Assembly: GCA_000004985.1 (NCBI GenBank)
Contig: GG738900.1
Reading direction: 5' to 3' (one strand)
Length of the DNA: 64,000 bases
From: Naegleria gruberi
Lineage: Eukaryota
Numbering within the stretch: the first letter of the stretch is position 1; the number at the start of each line of letters is the position of its first letter. Below are positions 1 through 10,512 of the stretch, piece after piece. The notes beneath the pieces were generated by a model. That model saw only the letters and a program-made list of their open reading frames with translations. It did no database searches and had not been told where the DNA came from. The position numbers and the translations under genes were made by a program.

Positions 1-2517
1 CAGTAAGACATCCAATCAATGCCTTTCTCAGTGGTGAATCAACATTGAAGGAGCATTTGGTGGCGTTGAGCAAAATCTTTAAAACAAGCTCATGCATCTC
101 ACCACTCAACTTTTCATTATCGAAAACAGACTTGACCAAATTGATGATGGTTGAACTGAAGGATTCCAACATTAAGCTAATAATTGTATTATGTCCAAAA
201 TCTTCTTCAATGATGAATGGTTCTGATGTGTACTTTTTCATGGACTTTATAATTCCTTGCTCTACAGCATCAATTTCAGCATCTGCCTCATCAAATATGG
301 CCAAAGTATCTTCACTTAATTTGATTTCATTATCTTGCAAGTTTTTGTAAACTCTTTCCTGATATTCTCTGCTAATGCAACTAGCATCAGTGAGACTATT
401 TCTCTCAACGAACGACTCTACAGTAGAATTACAAAGGGCCTTCATGGCAGCATTGTGTATTTCTGTATTGAGCATGACTACAGAAATGGTAAACACAAAG
501 CAAGCTGATGGATTTTTAAATTCAGTTTCCAGCAAATCTGGGTTATCATTCTGATACTTTTCAGCAAAACATTCAATTACTCTGTTAATTTCTTGACTTT
601 CCTTTGGAAGCATGAATAGATCAAGAGTTTTTCTGAGAGCCTTTTCAAATAAAATTCCAGAAAATGATTGCATATCAATGTACTTTTTCAAAACACCAAA
701 ATTCTTTGGAGAAGCAAAATATTCACCAACTTTGTGTTTAGAAAATCCTGGTATAGTATTGAACAATGTTGCAAGTTCCAATTCATATTGAGTGATATCC
801 AATGACTTGTCTGGTAGGCGCCCAATCTGGTGGAAATATTCCAATCCCTTCTTGAGATTTTCATTGAATAATTCAACACCCCTTTTGAGCTTTTTTCTTT
901 CTGTAAGTGTTGTGTTTGGTTTGATGTTTTCTTTTTCTTTAACATTAACCAAAGAGCCAAGCATGGAATTGAAAATGGTCAAGGCAGATTTTTTGATAGC
1001 CATAGTTTGATTGACATCGTTTTGAATGGTATATTCTTGAACCATCCAAACAAGGGCATTCATTAATCTTTCCAAAATATTTCTCTTTTCAACCTTACAA
1101 TCAAAATTTACATATAATCTCATAATCAATTCGCCATTTGAGGTAATATTCTTCAAGAATGAAAGTACAAGATTCTTGAATGTTGGACTGAGGGTCTTAC
1201 TCTTGATCATTCTAATCAAATTGAAGAAGAGAATGTAAATTTCATATTGCATTTCTGCGAGGAAATTTTCCATTAATAATTGATAGAGACCCAATGCTGA
1301 AAGTACTATTTGAGTAGATTTACAATGCACCAAGTTAATTAATAATGTTTGGCAAACAATGGATTTGACTTGTTCAAAAACTCTTTGATGAGAGAGTAAC
1401 TTTCTTCCACAATTCTTAAAGACATCTGTTAATAAGTCAATATAGGTCAATTTTGCCTTTTCATCAAATGGGCTATTCCATCATAAATTAAAGTATTAGA
1501 TTTGATATTATTGAAATAAAAAACTCACCCATTTGTAAAATCTTTAGAAACTGATGCAGAAAGATATTTAAAAACAAGAATGGCATCTCTTTGTTTTTGA
1601 GTAAGTTCAGTCAATTCCTTATGAGTGTGACGATCTTCATCCTTTACATCTGAACCAGTTTCATTGGCAAATTCCAAAAGCATTGCATCAACCAAATCAC
1701 TGATATGAGCAATTGGATTCTCAGCTCCTTCATCCATTCTATTAATCACCATATGAAGTACTTGTTTCAAAACAGAGAAGGTATTAGTTTCATTCTTTGA
1801 AACAAAGTGAACACTCAAACAAACTTTAACTCCAATCAACAAACTCTTTCCACTCAAATGACATGAACTAATTGCAGTAAGAATAGTTTTCAAAAATTGC
1901 AATTGCAAACTTTCATCCTGATTAGAAATATCAACACATTCAGAGAGAGTTCTCATCATGACATCGGTAATCAACAAGTTTTCATCAAATTTTGTATAAA
2001 AATTGATATAATTCTTTTCCATGAATTGTTGTAATAAATCCAAGGCAATCATGATAATATTTGCTTGTTTTGTTTTACAACTCAAATTCAATACTTTAAA
2101 GTACATGTTCGGATTTTGAATTAAATCTCGTTCTACTTCAAAGTTATTCTCACAAACTTTCAAATGTTCTATTAATTTTCAATATTCCATATTCATTGTT
2201 ATTGTTGATGATGGTAATGATGATTTGAAATTCCGTAATATATTAAATAAATGATTATTTAAATATAATATTATTAATCAATGAAGATATAATAAATACA
2301 AACCAACTACTAATACACAAGCATCCTTCAACTCGATCAATTTCCGATTATTACCAACAAATTGCAAAATATTCTCAAATGATTGACGAATCGTTCCCTG
2401 TGGAGAGGAAACAGAGTTTGGAGAGGACATTAAACCTGAAAGTCTATTACTACTACCTCCTAAGGAAGTGGGACTGTTGATGGTGTTGGACACCATTGCA
2501 CGAAAGCTGGTGAACAT
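1..2517 (-). CDS. Sec7-domain Arf guanine-nucleotide exchange factor (BIG/GBF-like); 3' end runs off the window start
   Basis: Minus-strand translation of 1..1472 is open to the window edge, which is why no ATG-to-stop ORF is listed there. It encodes a full Sec7 domain (…KKGLEYFHQIGRL…FMLPKESQEINRVIECFAEKYQNDNP…FVFTISVVMLNTEIHN). It joins ORF 1529..2163 through a 56-nt AT-rich intron (GTGAGT…AATAG, 1473..1528; phase 2 checked). ORF 2163 starts at TTG, so a further 5' exon is needed. ORF 2278..2517 (true ATG at 2517) joins in phase 1 through a 135-nt intron (GTTTGT…TAATAG, 2169..2303). Model: complement(join(1..1472,1529..2168,2304..2517)). Confidence 0.7.
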
Positions 2518-2754
2518 TTTTTAATTAAAGAATTTCTTCCTTTTGATTATTATTTGAAAATTATCTGTTACGATGATGCGAATAATGATGAGGATGCAAT
2601 CTCGGAGTTTTAATATTTCCTCTATGATGAAAAATCTTCATGACATGGAAAGTGCGTCATCAAATGAAATTGTAATAAAATTTTAAAAAAATATTACCGT
2701 TAAGCTTGTTGATGATTTGATTAAGATAAATAGAAAAATAATATTTTGAAGAAG

Positions 2755-4422
2755 ATGAAGGAACCTTTTGATGCGATTTTGCCAGAGTTGTGGGAAGAAA
2801 TTTATCACTTTCTAGATGATGACAATGGCTTGGAATGTGATTGTAGTAAATTTGAAAGGGTTTGTCTCTCATTCCGAGAGCTTTGTATTCGGATGGAGAA
2901 GAGAAAGATTAGAGAACAATTAGAGTTGGAATCTAAATATTTGAAACATCCTTTATTCTTGTCCTCATCATCTTCACAGGGTGTCAGAGAGGAAGATATT
3001 CAGTTGGTAGAGGAGAGAATGGGCCAGAAATTTCCTTTTCATTTACGAGAATTTATCAAGATTATTGATGGAAGACCTGCCCATTCACAAGATTTGACAA
3101 ATTTACATTATACAAATTCATTGAGACCATTCAAATCGTGGAGTCTTGGTCTTTTTGGAAAAGTAATTATTGGTGGAGTCTTCGATGATTATGAGCCAAC
3201 ACAAATTTACATAAATTTGGAACAGGGTTGGATGGCTATGGATATTTCAACCTATGGAACTACTGATACGATAGATGGAGGATGGAAGGGCTATTTGAAA
3301 ATGACTAGCAACATGTATGAATCCTATAATCCATTCGACATGGAAAAATTGAGTGAGAATTTTTCTGACCTAGTGAAAATCTCCAGATATCATAGCGATA
3401 TTCTTTCGTGCTTACCTGATAAATTCAAGAATGATTTGGAATTGATGAAAAAGCTTGTTGTTGCCAATCCTGAAGCATTTGGATATATGCCTGAGATTAT
3501 ACGTGATGATATTAATTTTATCAGAGAACTAATCATGAGGAGACCACGTATTTACAGAAGTGTGTCTGATCGTTTGAAAAAAGATAAGGAATTATTTGAT
3601 TTGGCATGTTCGTTGGATATTACCAATTTTTATCATGCGCATCACTCTTTAAAAGATAAAGAGCTGGCTTTGAAATATTGCAAACTCTCACGATATCTTA
3701 GCGCAAATGATTTTCCAGACGAGCTAGTTGATAGCGAATTAGTTCATTATTTCAAACATTTTTGGAATGTGCCAGAAGAATTGAGAACACCAGAGCTTGC
3801 CATCCATTTTCTCGAAAATAATTATGATGTTAAACAAGAAATTAAGGGAGATTCCAATCTACAGACTCCACAAGTTCTCGAAGCCATCTTTCGGCTATGT
3901 CCAGCATTTTTATTTAATTTGAAAAAGGAACACCTTTTCACATTTGATTCGAAGGAGGTAGCTTTGAAGCTATTCAATGGACACCAAATTGACGCTTTAA
4001 AGGCCTTTAATGTGCTTCCAGAACACTTGAAAAAAGATATAGATGTAATCAAGGCTGCTATTAAAAAGAGATTTAACATTTTCAAGATTTTGAGTGAGGA
4101 ATTGAAACAAGATAGGGATTTTATATTATACTGCTGGAAGGAATCAGAATCAACAAATTTCATCTTGGATTCAGACTTTTCTCCCTATAACCAAGATTTG
4201 GAGTTTTTGGAAATTGCTTGTAATAACACCCCTGGGTTAGTTTTCTCATTAGACAGAGAATTAGTAACTGAGGACTTTTTAAACTCATTACAACGTTATT
4301 TCTATAAGGGATCCCTTGTTGGTGATTTGCTGAATATGACAAGATTTGAACATTATCAAAATTATAAAGAGAAGGAACGAGATGGGTTCAATGAGAATAT
4401 ATATTACGGAGAAACCGATTAA
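2755..4422 (+). CDS. F-box-like protein with SMI1/KNR4 (SUKH)-like segment and DUF4116-type repeats
   Basis: ORF 2746..4422; the listed start is TTG and the first ATG is at 2755. The N-terminus AILPELWEEIYHFLD…CSKFERVCLSFRELC fits an F-box. GQKFPFHLREFIKIIDG resembles SMI1/KNR4. The C-terminal half has repeated …DKELFDLA / …DKELALKY units typical of DUF4116. Domain calls are from memory of family motifs. Confidence 0.55.
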   Translation: MKEPFDAILPELWEEIYHFLDDDNGLECDCSKFERVCLSFRELCIRMEKRKIREQLELESKYLKHPLFLSSSSSQGVREEDIQLVEERMGQKFPFHLREFIKIIDGRPAHSQDLTNLHYTNSLRPFKSWSLGLFGKVIIGGVFDDYEPTQIYINLEQGWMAMDISTYGTTDTIDGGWKGYLKMTSNMYESYNPFDMEKLSENFSDLVKISRYHSDILSCLPDKFKNDLELMKKLVVANPEAFGYMPEIIRDDINFIRELIMRRPRIYRSVSDRLKKDKELFDLACSLDITNFYHAHHSLKDKELALKYCKLSRYLSANDFPDELVDSELVHYFKHFWNVPEELRTPELAIHFLENNYDVKQEIKGDSNLQTPQVLEAIFRLCPAFLFNLKKEHLFTFDSKEVALKLFNGHQIDALKAFNVLPEHLKKDIDVIKAAIKKRFNIFKILSEELKQDRDFILYCWKESESTNFILDSDFSPYNQDLEFLEIACNNTPGLVFSLDRELVTEDFLNSLQRYFYKGSLVGDLLNMTRFEHYQNYKEKERDGFNENIYYGETD

Positions 4423-4430
4423 TAAGTTAA

Positions 4431-5702
4431 TCAGTACCTGTCATAGGACCTTCGCTGATAAACAATTTCACCTGTTTTCTTGGTATATTTTATGGCATCA
4501 ATGTACGAAGAGGATGGTGCAATAATGTACAAGTACTTTAAATTATTTAAAACTTCACTTTCAGCAATTGCCTGTCTTCCTTCATATCCAAACAAATTAC
4601 AAGATACATCCAGATAGGTCAGATTTGTCATATTTTGACTTTTGGCAAGTGAATTGATACCTCGAAATCCTAAACAATTTACAGATAGGTCAAGAAATGT
4701 CAAATTTTTCACATAAGAGGAAGAACTCAACTCTATTAGGTCCTCTTCCTTCACTCCTGAAGAACTCAAATTCAAATAGGTCAAATTCTTCATTGAAGAG
4801 CTATTGGATATTGCTTTCAAAATTCTGGTTAGCATTGTTTTGTTGTTGGCAAAGTTCAAACTTGTTAATTTGGCCAAACATGCAACGAATTTTGCAACAT
4901 CACTGGAGAGATTAACATCAGTTGGATTAGTGCAATACATCCACTTTAAGGTGAGGTGAGTAAGATTTGTAAATCTGCTTAGTAATTTCAAAACTGGACC
5001 AGAAAATTCACTTCCAGAAAGATTTAACTTTCTCAAACTGTGATTCAAGGTTTCATTGGCTGCTATTAATTCAACATGCTGCAAACTAAAGCTATTCATT
5101 GATAAATCCAAACATGTCAATTGTGATTTACATTCCGATATTTGTTGAATGATGGAAGGTGAATGTAAATTGTTGCATCTCAAATGTAATTCCTTTAATT
5201 TTGTAAAATATTCCAACTCTAACATTTCAATATCATTGTCATTTAAGTTCAACACTCTAATCTTTTTTTCATGACCTTTCAGAAAAGATGTTGATCTAAT
5301 ATTTTGTGATTCCAAGTGCCATTCTTCCACATTCTCAAAAGCTCCACAGTTAAATAATGCAGCAACACCTTCAGAATTTAATCTCTCTTGGGAAGGTAGC
5401 TCCTGTCCATATAATTTTACAATTTTCAAATTTTCAAAAGGTTTTGTAATTTTTTGTAAAGCTACTCCAACTCTATTTGATGTATAACCACACACCAATG
5501 AATGTGATGATGATAAACATGTATTAAACCATCGTCTGCATTCCATCCACCGATCGATCATTAATCTGGAGCTAAACTTTAACTGTCTCACCTCTATGCA
5601 TTCATGCCAACATCTACAGACCGCTGTAAAGTGAATAATTTCATACTGATCACAAAATTCCATGATCAGATTGATGAGCTCTGCTGGGAGATGTTGTGCC
5701 AT
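4431..5702 (-). CDS. F-box / leucine-rich-repeat protein
   Basis: ORF 4431..5702 with ATG at 5702. N-terminal F-box (MAQHLPAELINLIMEFCDQYEIIHFTAVCRCWHE) is followed by about 10 LRRs (…LNLSGS…LTHLTLK…LTYLNLSSS…LTFLDLSVNCLG…). Confidence 0.7.
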   Translation of the reverse strand: MAQHLPAELINLIMEFCDQYEIIHFTAVCRCWHECIEVRQLKFSSRLMIDRWMECRRWFNTCLSSSHSLVCGYTSNRVGVALQKITKPFENLKIVKLYGQELPSQERLNSEGVAALFNCGAFENVEEWHLESQNIRSTSFLKGHEKKIRVLNLNDNDIEMLELEYFTKLKELHLRCNNLHSPSIIQQISECKSQLTCLDLSMNSFSLQHVELIAANETLNHSLRKLNLSGSEFSGPVLKLLSRFTNLTHLTLKWMYCTNPTDVNLSSDVAKFVACLAKLTSLNFANNKTMLTRILKAISNSSSMKNLTYLNLSSSGVKEEDLIELSSSSYVKNLTFLDLSVNCLGFRGINSLAKSQNMTNLTYLDVSCNLFGYEGRQAIAESEVLNNLKYLYIIAPSSSYIDAIKYTKKTGEIVYQRRSYDRY

Positions 5703-5761
5703 TTTTTTTTGTCTTCAAATTGAAGTGCAAGTTCCGAGTTTCATTTGTTTATTTTTCAACT

Positions 5762-7441
5762 TTACAATAGCAAACATGTGTTGGATTTGTTTGTTGGGGT
5801 ATTAGATTTTGTCAATATTTTGTCAATTTCTTTTGAACTGGAACTGGAATCTGAAACAACAAGCTTTACAATCTTGTAATCTCTATTTTCAAATTTGAGA
5901 AATTTCTGCACAGCAAGTTTTGTAAAATTATTGCCAGTAATGGAAAGTTGAATTTCTGTTGTGAATTTTGATTTATACTTTGCAGCAGTTGAGATAAATT
6001 CTGAAATTGCATAATCACCAATTTCACAATTATTTGCCAGTAATTCTGTTAATTGTTTCAACAATGGAAAATGAGAAAATCCATCACCAATTGGATTGTC
6101 TGAAATATGCAAAATTTTCACATGTGAAGAAAGTTGGCAAAACTCAATGACCGCTTGGGCATTGATATGATTCGCACAAATAGAGAGCCGATCCAAGGAT
6201 TCACAAGCAGAGAGGTATTTCAACCCGTTTCTAATATTATTACCATTCAAATTGAGAATTCTTAATTTACGTAAAGTTCCATAATTTTTCAAACCTTCCT
6301 CTCCAATTAAATTATACGAAAGAATTAACTGTTCAATATTGATATTAGATGATAGATAATTAGCACCAATATTGCCAATATTGTTACCATTCAAATCCAA
6401 GTATGTTAGATTGATGAGCTTGTTGAAATCCATTAAGAAACTATCACCAATTGAATTATTCGAAAGATTCAAGTATTTCAAAGTTGTAATTGAGCTCAAA
6501 TAACATCCACCATCGAAAATATCATTATCACTCAAAATTAAACTTGTCAGATTTTTCAAATTCCCCAGCCGATCCAACTCTCCTTTTATATTATTATGTC
6601 TAACAGACAAATATTCCAATTTTGGTAAATGTACATCAATTTCCTCAATTGAGCGACCATGTACACCATGTAATGTTAATCTCTTCAATGCACCAATTTT
6701 GAAGAGTTCCTTCAATCCCTGTTCAATCTCCACAGCACCACATTCCAATTCAATCAAAGATTCCAAATTTCCAAATAATTCCAAAACTGAATTTTCAATT
6801 TTTGTTTTTGAAGGGACAAGTCTTAAACTCTTCAAAGTTTTAGAAAATTTGCTATTCAATATTGAAATCCATGAATCAAAACTGAGGCCACCAATTACCA
6901 ATCTTTCCAATGGCCAATCAACATTAAAATTCAATTCACCTCGATAATCTCTAAAGGAAATGGTGAATGATTTGATTTTTGATTGACAGCATTTCATAAA
7001 TTCAACCACCTGAGTATATTCTAAACATTGTAGGTCAACAATTTCTAAAGTTTTCATATTAGAAAAGTAACTAATCAAAGATTTTTCAGAAAAATCTGCT
7101 AATATCAATTCTTTCAAGTTGGTCAATCTAGAAATAAATTGACTTTCTATTTCTAAATAATTAGGAGAAAGCTTTCTCTTGATTACATGTGGAATGTAGA
7201 ATAAACTCGTTATTTTATCTAGCTCTTCGGAATGATCATTTAATATTAATTCTAAACCTTTCGAATCTCCTGTATATTTGATCGGAAAGTGAAATGTTTT
7301 AATTGACTTGTAATTTAAATTCCAATATTTGCAAACTAATCTTGCCGTGTTCAATACCCATTTATATTCGAAATATGGAAGAATTTGATGAAAAATAACT
7401 TCGTTGGGAAGATGTGAAAGGCAAATAGTTTGGTCCTGCAT
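5762..7441 (-). CDS. F-box / leucine-rich-repeat protein (paralog-like neighbour of 4431..5702)
   Basis: ORF 5762..7441 with ATG at 7441. F-box-like N-terminus (LPNEVIFHQILPYFEYKWVLNTARLVCKYWN) then many LRRs (LNLSNNSIGD…LDLNGNNIGN…LILSYNLIGEEG…LNLNGNNI…). Confidence 0.7.
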   Translation of the reverse strand: MQDQTICLSHLPNEVIFHQILPYFEYKWVLNTARLVCKYWNLNYKSIKTFHFPIKYTGDSKGLELILNDHSEELDKITSLFYIPHVIKRKLSPNYLEIESQFISRLTNLKELILADFSEKSLISYFSNMKTLEIVDLQCLEYTQVVEFMKCCQSKIKSFTISFRDYRGELNFNVDWPLERLVIGGLSFDSWISILNSKFSKTLKSLRLVPSKTKIENSVLELFGNLESLIELECGAVEIEQGLKELFKIGALKRLTLHGVHGRSIEEIDVHLPKLEYLSVRHNNIKGELDRLGNLKNLTSLILSDNDIFDGGCYLSSITTLKYLNLSNNSIGDSFLMDFNKLINLTYLDLNGNNIGNIGANYLSSNINIEQLILSYNLIGEEGLKNYGTLRKLRILNLNGNNIRNGLKYLSACESLDRLSICANHINAQAVIEFCQLSSHVKILHISDNPIGDGFSHFPLLKQLTELLANNCEIGDYAISEFISTAAKYKSKFTTEIQLSITGNNFTKLAVQKFLKFENRDYKIVKLVVSDSSSSSKEIDKILTKSNTPTNKSNTCLLL

Positions 7442-7621
7442 TTAGTTTCGTTTAAAATGTGAAGGAATTTTTTTAATATTGATATTTATTGAGATGGCTC
7501 GTGAGATAACCTTTTTTAAAATAAGGCCCTGATCATTGTAAGATTCCCATGTAATCCAATACATATATTGGCACAAATATCAAGGGAATTGAAAGAAATT
7601 TCACATTTTGCAATAGTTAAT

Positions 7622-7740
7622 GGCTACGGCCATATCACGATTCATGCACCTCATCCCGTCCGATTTGAGAAGTTAAGTATCGTCGAGCCACATCAGTACT
7701 GAGGTTGGAGACAACTTGGGAACCTGTGGTGCTGTAGTCT
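7622..7740 (+). rRNA. 5S ribosomal RNA gene
   Basis: GGCTACGGCCATATCACGATTCATGCACCTCATCCCGTCCGATTTGAGAAGTTAAGTATCGTCGAGCCACATCAGTACTGAGGTTGGAGACAACTTGGGAACCTGTGGTGCTGTAGTCT matches the eukaryotic 5S consensus. Conserved blocks include CGGCCATA, CATCCCGTCCGAT, AAGTTAAG and GGTTGGAGACAAC…GGGAAC…GTGCTGTAG. Helix I pairs 5' GGCUACGGC with 3' GCUGUAGUC. The gene is about 119 nt and is followed immediately by a T5 Pol III terminator. Confidence 0.9.
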
Positions 7741-7745
7741 TTTTA
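7741..7745 (+). terminator. Pol III oligo-T terminator downstream of 5S rRNA
   Basis: TTTTT run directly after the 5S 3' end. Confidence 0.5.
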
Positions 7746-8000
7746 TTTCACTTACCCAATGGAGGATTGTTATACAACCTCTTTATGGAGTCCCCTAGAG
7801 GATGCAATATTACTATTAACTCAATTTTTTGTAGGGTCCAGAGTTGTGCTTAATTGCACACTTTTGTTAGTTTCAATCTGACATTGCACTGTCCGTCAGA
7901 AATGGAGCTATCCCACTTCATTGAAAAGTGAAAAATTACAAGAGTCTCTTATTATTTCAATCCAGTAAGATTATTGTGAAATAATTGAATGAAAATGAAA

Positions 8001-8074
8001 GCAGCGATAGATCAGTTGGTTAGATCGTAAGCCTAACACGCTTAAGGTCGCGGGTTCAAGCCCCGCTCGCTGTA
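8001..8074 (+). tRNA. tRNA-Val (anticodon AAC)
   Basis: GCAGCGA TA GATC AGTTGGTTA GATC G TAAGC CTAACAC GCTTA AGGTC GCGGG TTCAAGC CCCGC TCGCTGT A folds as a cloverleaf. It has a 7-bp acceptor stem (G1·U72 wobble), a 4-bp D stem, a 5-bp anticodon stem, the loop C-U33-AAC-A37-C and a GTTCAAGCC T-loop. It is followed by TTTT at 8077..8080. There is no intron and no encoded CCA. Confidence 0.85.
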
Positions 8075-8324
8075 ACCTTTTATATTCTTTAAGAAGCATA
8101 TGATTTTAAGGAAAAAAAATTACAAGATGTACATCACGTTCCATCCAATTCAACATTTCATCGCGTTGTTTGAGATGGATTGAATTTTTTAAACTAATTA
8201 AAATCTAAAATTAGGAACAATTAAAAAATAGGTCAACTTTCTTCAAAGAATTATTACATCAATAGAAACAAAAGAAACCGATTTCAATTTTGTTCGATTT
8301 TTATCAACTTTTAACCGATAAAAG

Positions 8325-10157
8325 ATGTTCCGAGCACACGATGAAGAAGAAACACCATCACCATCATTATCAAATATTATTATTGTTACCGATCAACAAC
8401 AACAACAAACAAGGCTCTATCCTAACTTGAATTTGGAATCAACTGTGAATGCTATGGCTACTAATAACTTGGGTGCCAGTGTATTGTTGATTCGTGATGA
8501 GGGATTTCATCCAGTAATTATGGAAGACAATGATGAAGAAGAGGAAGAAGAAGAATTGACACTTGGTCAACAATCATCTCCGAAACTTGTTGATCAACAA
8601 GCAATTCATACTACTGGTTTTCAATCACCTATTGTGGAAAGAATACAAGGTTTTAGTACTGGAACTCCTACTAGTAATCAGAATCTGGATGGATTGAATG
8701 AGGTTGTGCTCACACCTCGATCATCAGCTCATGGTTATTCATCGAATAGATCCAGTCGATCCAATAGTAATGTCTCAACAAATAAGAGAATAGTTAGCAC
8801 TGGATACTATTATGGTTCATCACCTAATGAAGATGCATTGTCTGGATTGACTACTCCTCGTTGGAATTTGAATGGGGAGGATGATATTGATATTGAATAT
8901 GCAACAGGTGGCGGTGGCAGTAGCTCATTTGAATATAATAACCAGAATCACCACCTATTTAATAATGAATATAATGAACATAGAGATCATGATTTTGAAG
9001 AATTTGAACTTGGAGTTGCTGCTTGTAGAGAAGAGATCACCTCTTGGCAAAGGTTCATAGAGTTGAGAGTGTTACTTGCTGAGGTCCCAATACTCAACAG
9101 GGTTATTTCATTTGTATATTATCCAAACTTGTTAAATACCACTAATGATATGAAAACTAACGATATTGCTAACATGCTAAAATCAATTTTGAGATTGAGA
9201 CTTGTAAATAAGAAATGGAAACAATCAATTGATAATCCAACAGGAGTTCTCTATCACTATTTGTTAGAGTATTCATCGATTCAAAAATCTATTTCTCTGA
9301 AAAATCTCAAACTGGCTCATTCAGAATTTAACTTTTTCTCAATTCCTGGCATATACATGGTTGGTATTGGTAAAATTATTGGACAGACCTCGTTGATCCC
9401 TCTCGAAATGGGAACCAGAGCCTACACCAAGATGGAACAAGATTATGGCAGTGCAACTGCTAACACTATTTTGGCCCTTGGCGCTGGAATTACAATTGCA
9501 TCAGGTAGTTTTGCTCTGTTCATGCTTTCTGGCGCCTTTTACCTGATGCCTATTGCAGCAGGAGGTTATGTCCTCGACAAGGCAATAGAATTTGGTCTGG
9601 ATTATTCCAATAAGAAAAGTGCAGAGAAGGAAATTATTCAAACTGTAGAAGAGAAGGAGAAGGCACTTGATTCTTTCAGAATGAAAATGAGGAAAATAAC
9701 CCAATTTGAAAATATGGTTATTGAGAAGTATGAAGGTATTCAAGCGCAAGGTAATGATGCCTCCTGGACTGGTTATATTTTTTCTTTTGCCTCAATGGAA
9801 AACAAGCACTCTGTCTATTATTTGATTGATATTACCATGAAGATTGAAGAATCTACATATACCTACACACTCAAGAAGAGATATTCCCAATTTGAAAAGC
9901 TTTTCCAGAGAATGTGTGCTGTTAGAAAGACTGATAAGATTGTGGGTAAAAATGGTGAAGTTTTAATATTTCCATACAAGGAAATAATTGATTCACTGTT
10001 AGGAACTAGAAGTAAGGACATTATTGAGAAAAGAAAAGAATTGTTTAATAAGATTCTTTTTGAACTTGTAAATAATTTGGACGAATATAAGGATGATGAA
10101 GAGATTATGGTCTTTTTCACTGACTCTGAACAATACAATAGTAGTAGCAGTAAATAA
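8325..10157 (+). CDS. PX-domain membrane protein
   Basis: ORF 8325..10157 with an ATG start. The C-terminal region …YTLKKRYSQFEKLFQRM…IFPYKEII…RSKDIIEKRKELFNKILFELV matches PX-domain signatures (R-R/K-Y-S-x-F, P-x-x-P-x-K, R-R). The central hydrophobic, glycine-rich segment (LALGAGITIASGSFALFMLSGAFYLMPIAAGG) is a probable TM hairpin. The N-terminus is acidic and low-complexity. Confidence 0.6.
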   Translation: MFRAHDEEETPSPSLSNIIIVTDQQQQQTRLYPNLNLESTVNAMATNNLGASVLLIRDEGFHPVIMEDNDEEEEEEELTLGQQSSPKLVDQQAIHTTGFQSPIVERIQGFSTGTPTSNQNLDGLNEVVLTPRSSAHGYSSNRSSRSNSNVSTNKRIVSTGYYYGSSPNEDALSGLTTPRWNLNGEDDIDIEYATGGGGSSSFEYNNQNHHLFNNEYNEHRDHDFEEFELGVAACREEITSWQRFIELRVLLAEVPILNRVISFVYYPNLLNTTNDMKTNDIANMLKSILRLRLVNKKWKQSIDNPTGVLYHYLLEYSSIQKSISLKNLKLAHSEFNFFSIPGIYMVGIGKIIGQTSLIPLEMGTRAYTKMEQDYGSATANTILALGAGITIASGSFALFMLSGAFYLMPIAAGGYVLDKAIEFGLDYSNKKSAEKEIIQTVEEKEKALDSFRMKMRKITQFENMVIEKYEGIQAQGNDASWTGYIFSFASMENKHSVYYLIDITMKIEESTYTYTLKKRYSQFEKLFQRMCAVRKTDKIVGKNGEVLIFPYKEIIDSLLGTRSKDIIEKRKELFNKILFELVNNLDEYKDDEEIMVFFTDSEQYNSSSSK

Positions 10158-10512
10158 TTCTTCATATTCATGAATTACAATTATATTCTGCATTGATTAT
10201 CTAGCGCTGCTGTAGATCTGATGTCACTAGCTACTTAAATGTGTTCCAACTTCATTTTTACATGTATTACTATTAACTATTAATATCCTTGTTGGGAATT
10301 GGAATTTTAATATTTAATTAATATTTTAATAACTGTATGTGCCCACCAGTACATAGGTGGTGACCTCCACCAATGATCAAAATGATCTCATGTGAAATCT
10401 CTGTTCCAAGTTTTCATCGACTTGGAAGCTATTTCCCACACCAAGTCAACACTCAAAATATTAATAAATATTCATTGCACATTTCTAGTAAACAAGACCA
10501 ATCAAGAAAAAA

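Noticed and set aside
45-350. Plus-strand ORF 45..350 and other short ORFs antisense to the Sec7 gene
   Set aside because: They lie inside a well-supported minus-strand Sec7-domain CDS. They are antisense chance ORFs.
3822-4342. Numerous short ORFs antisense to or overlapping long CDSs (e.g. 3822..4163-, 6699..6947+, 9501..9749-, 12277..12573+, 14943..15308-, 18667..18951-, 42738..43076+, 46990..47172-, 54449..54661+)
   Set aside because: They are nested in the opposite strand or an alternate frame of strongly supported genes. They have low-complexity translations and no domain signatures.
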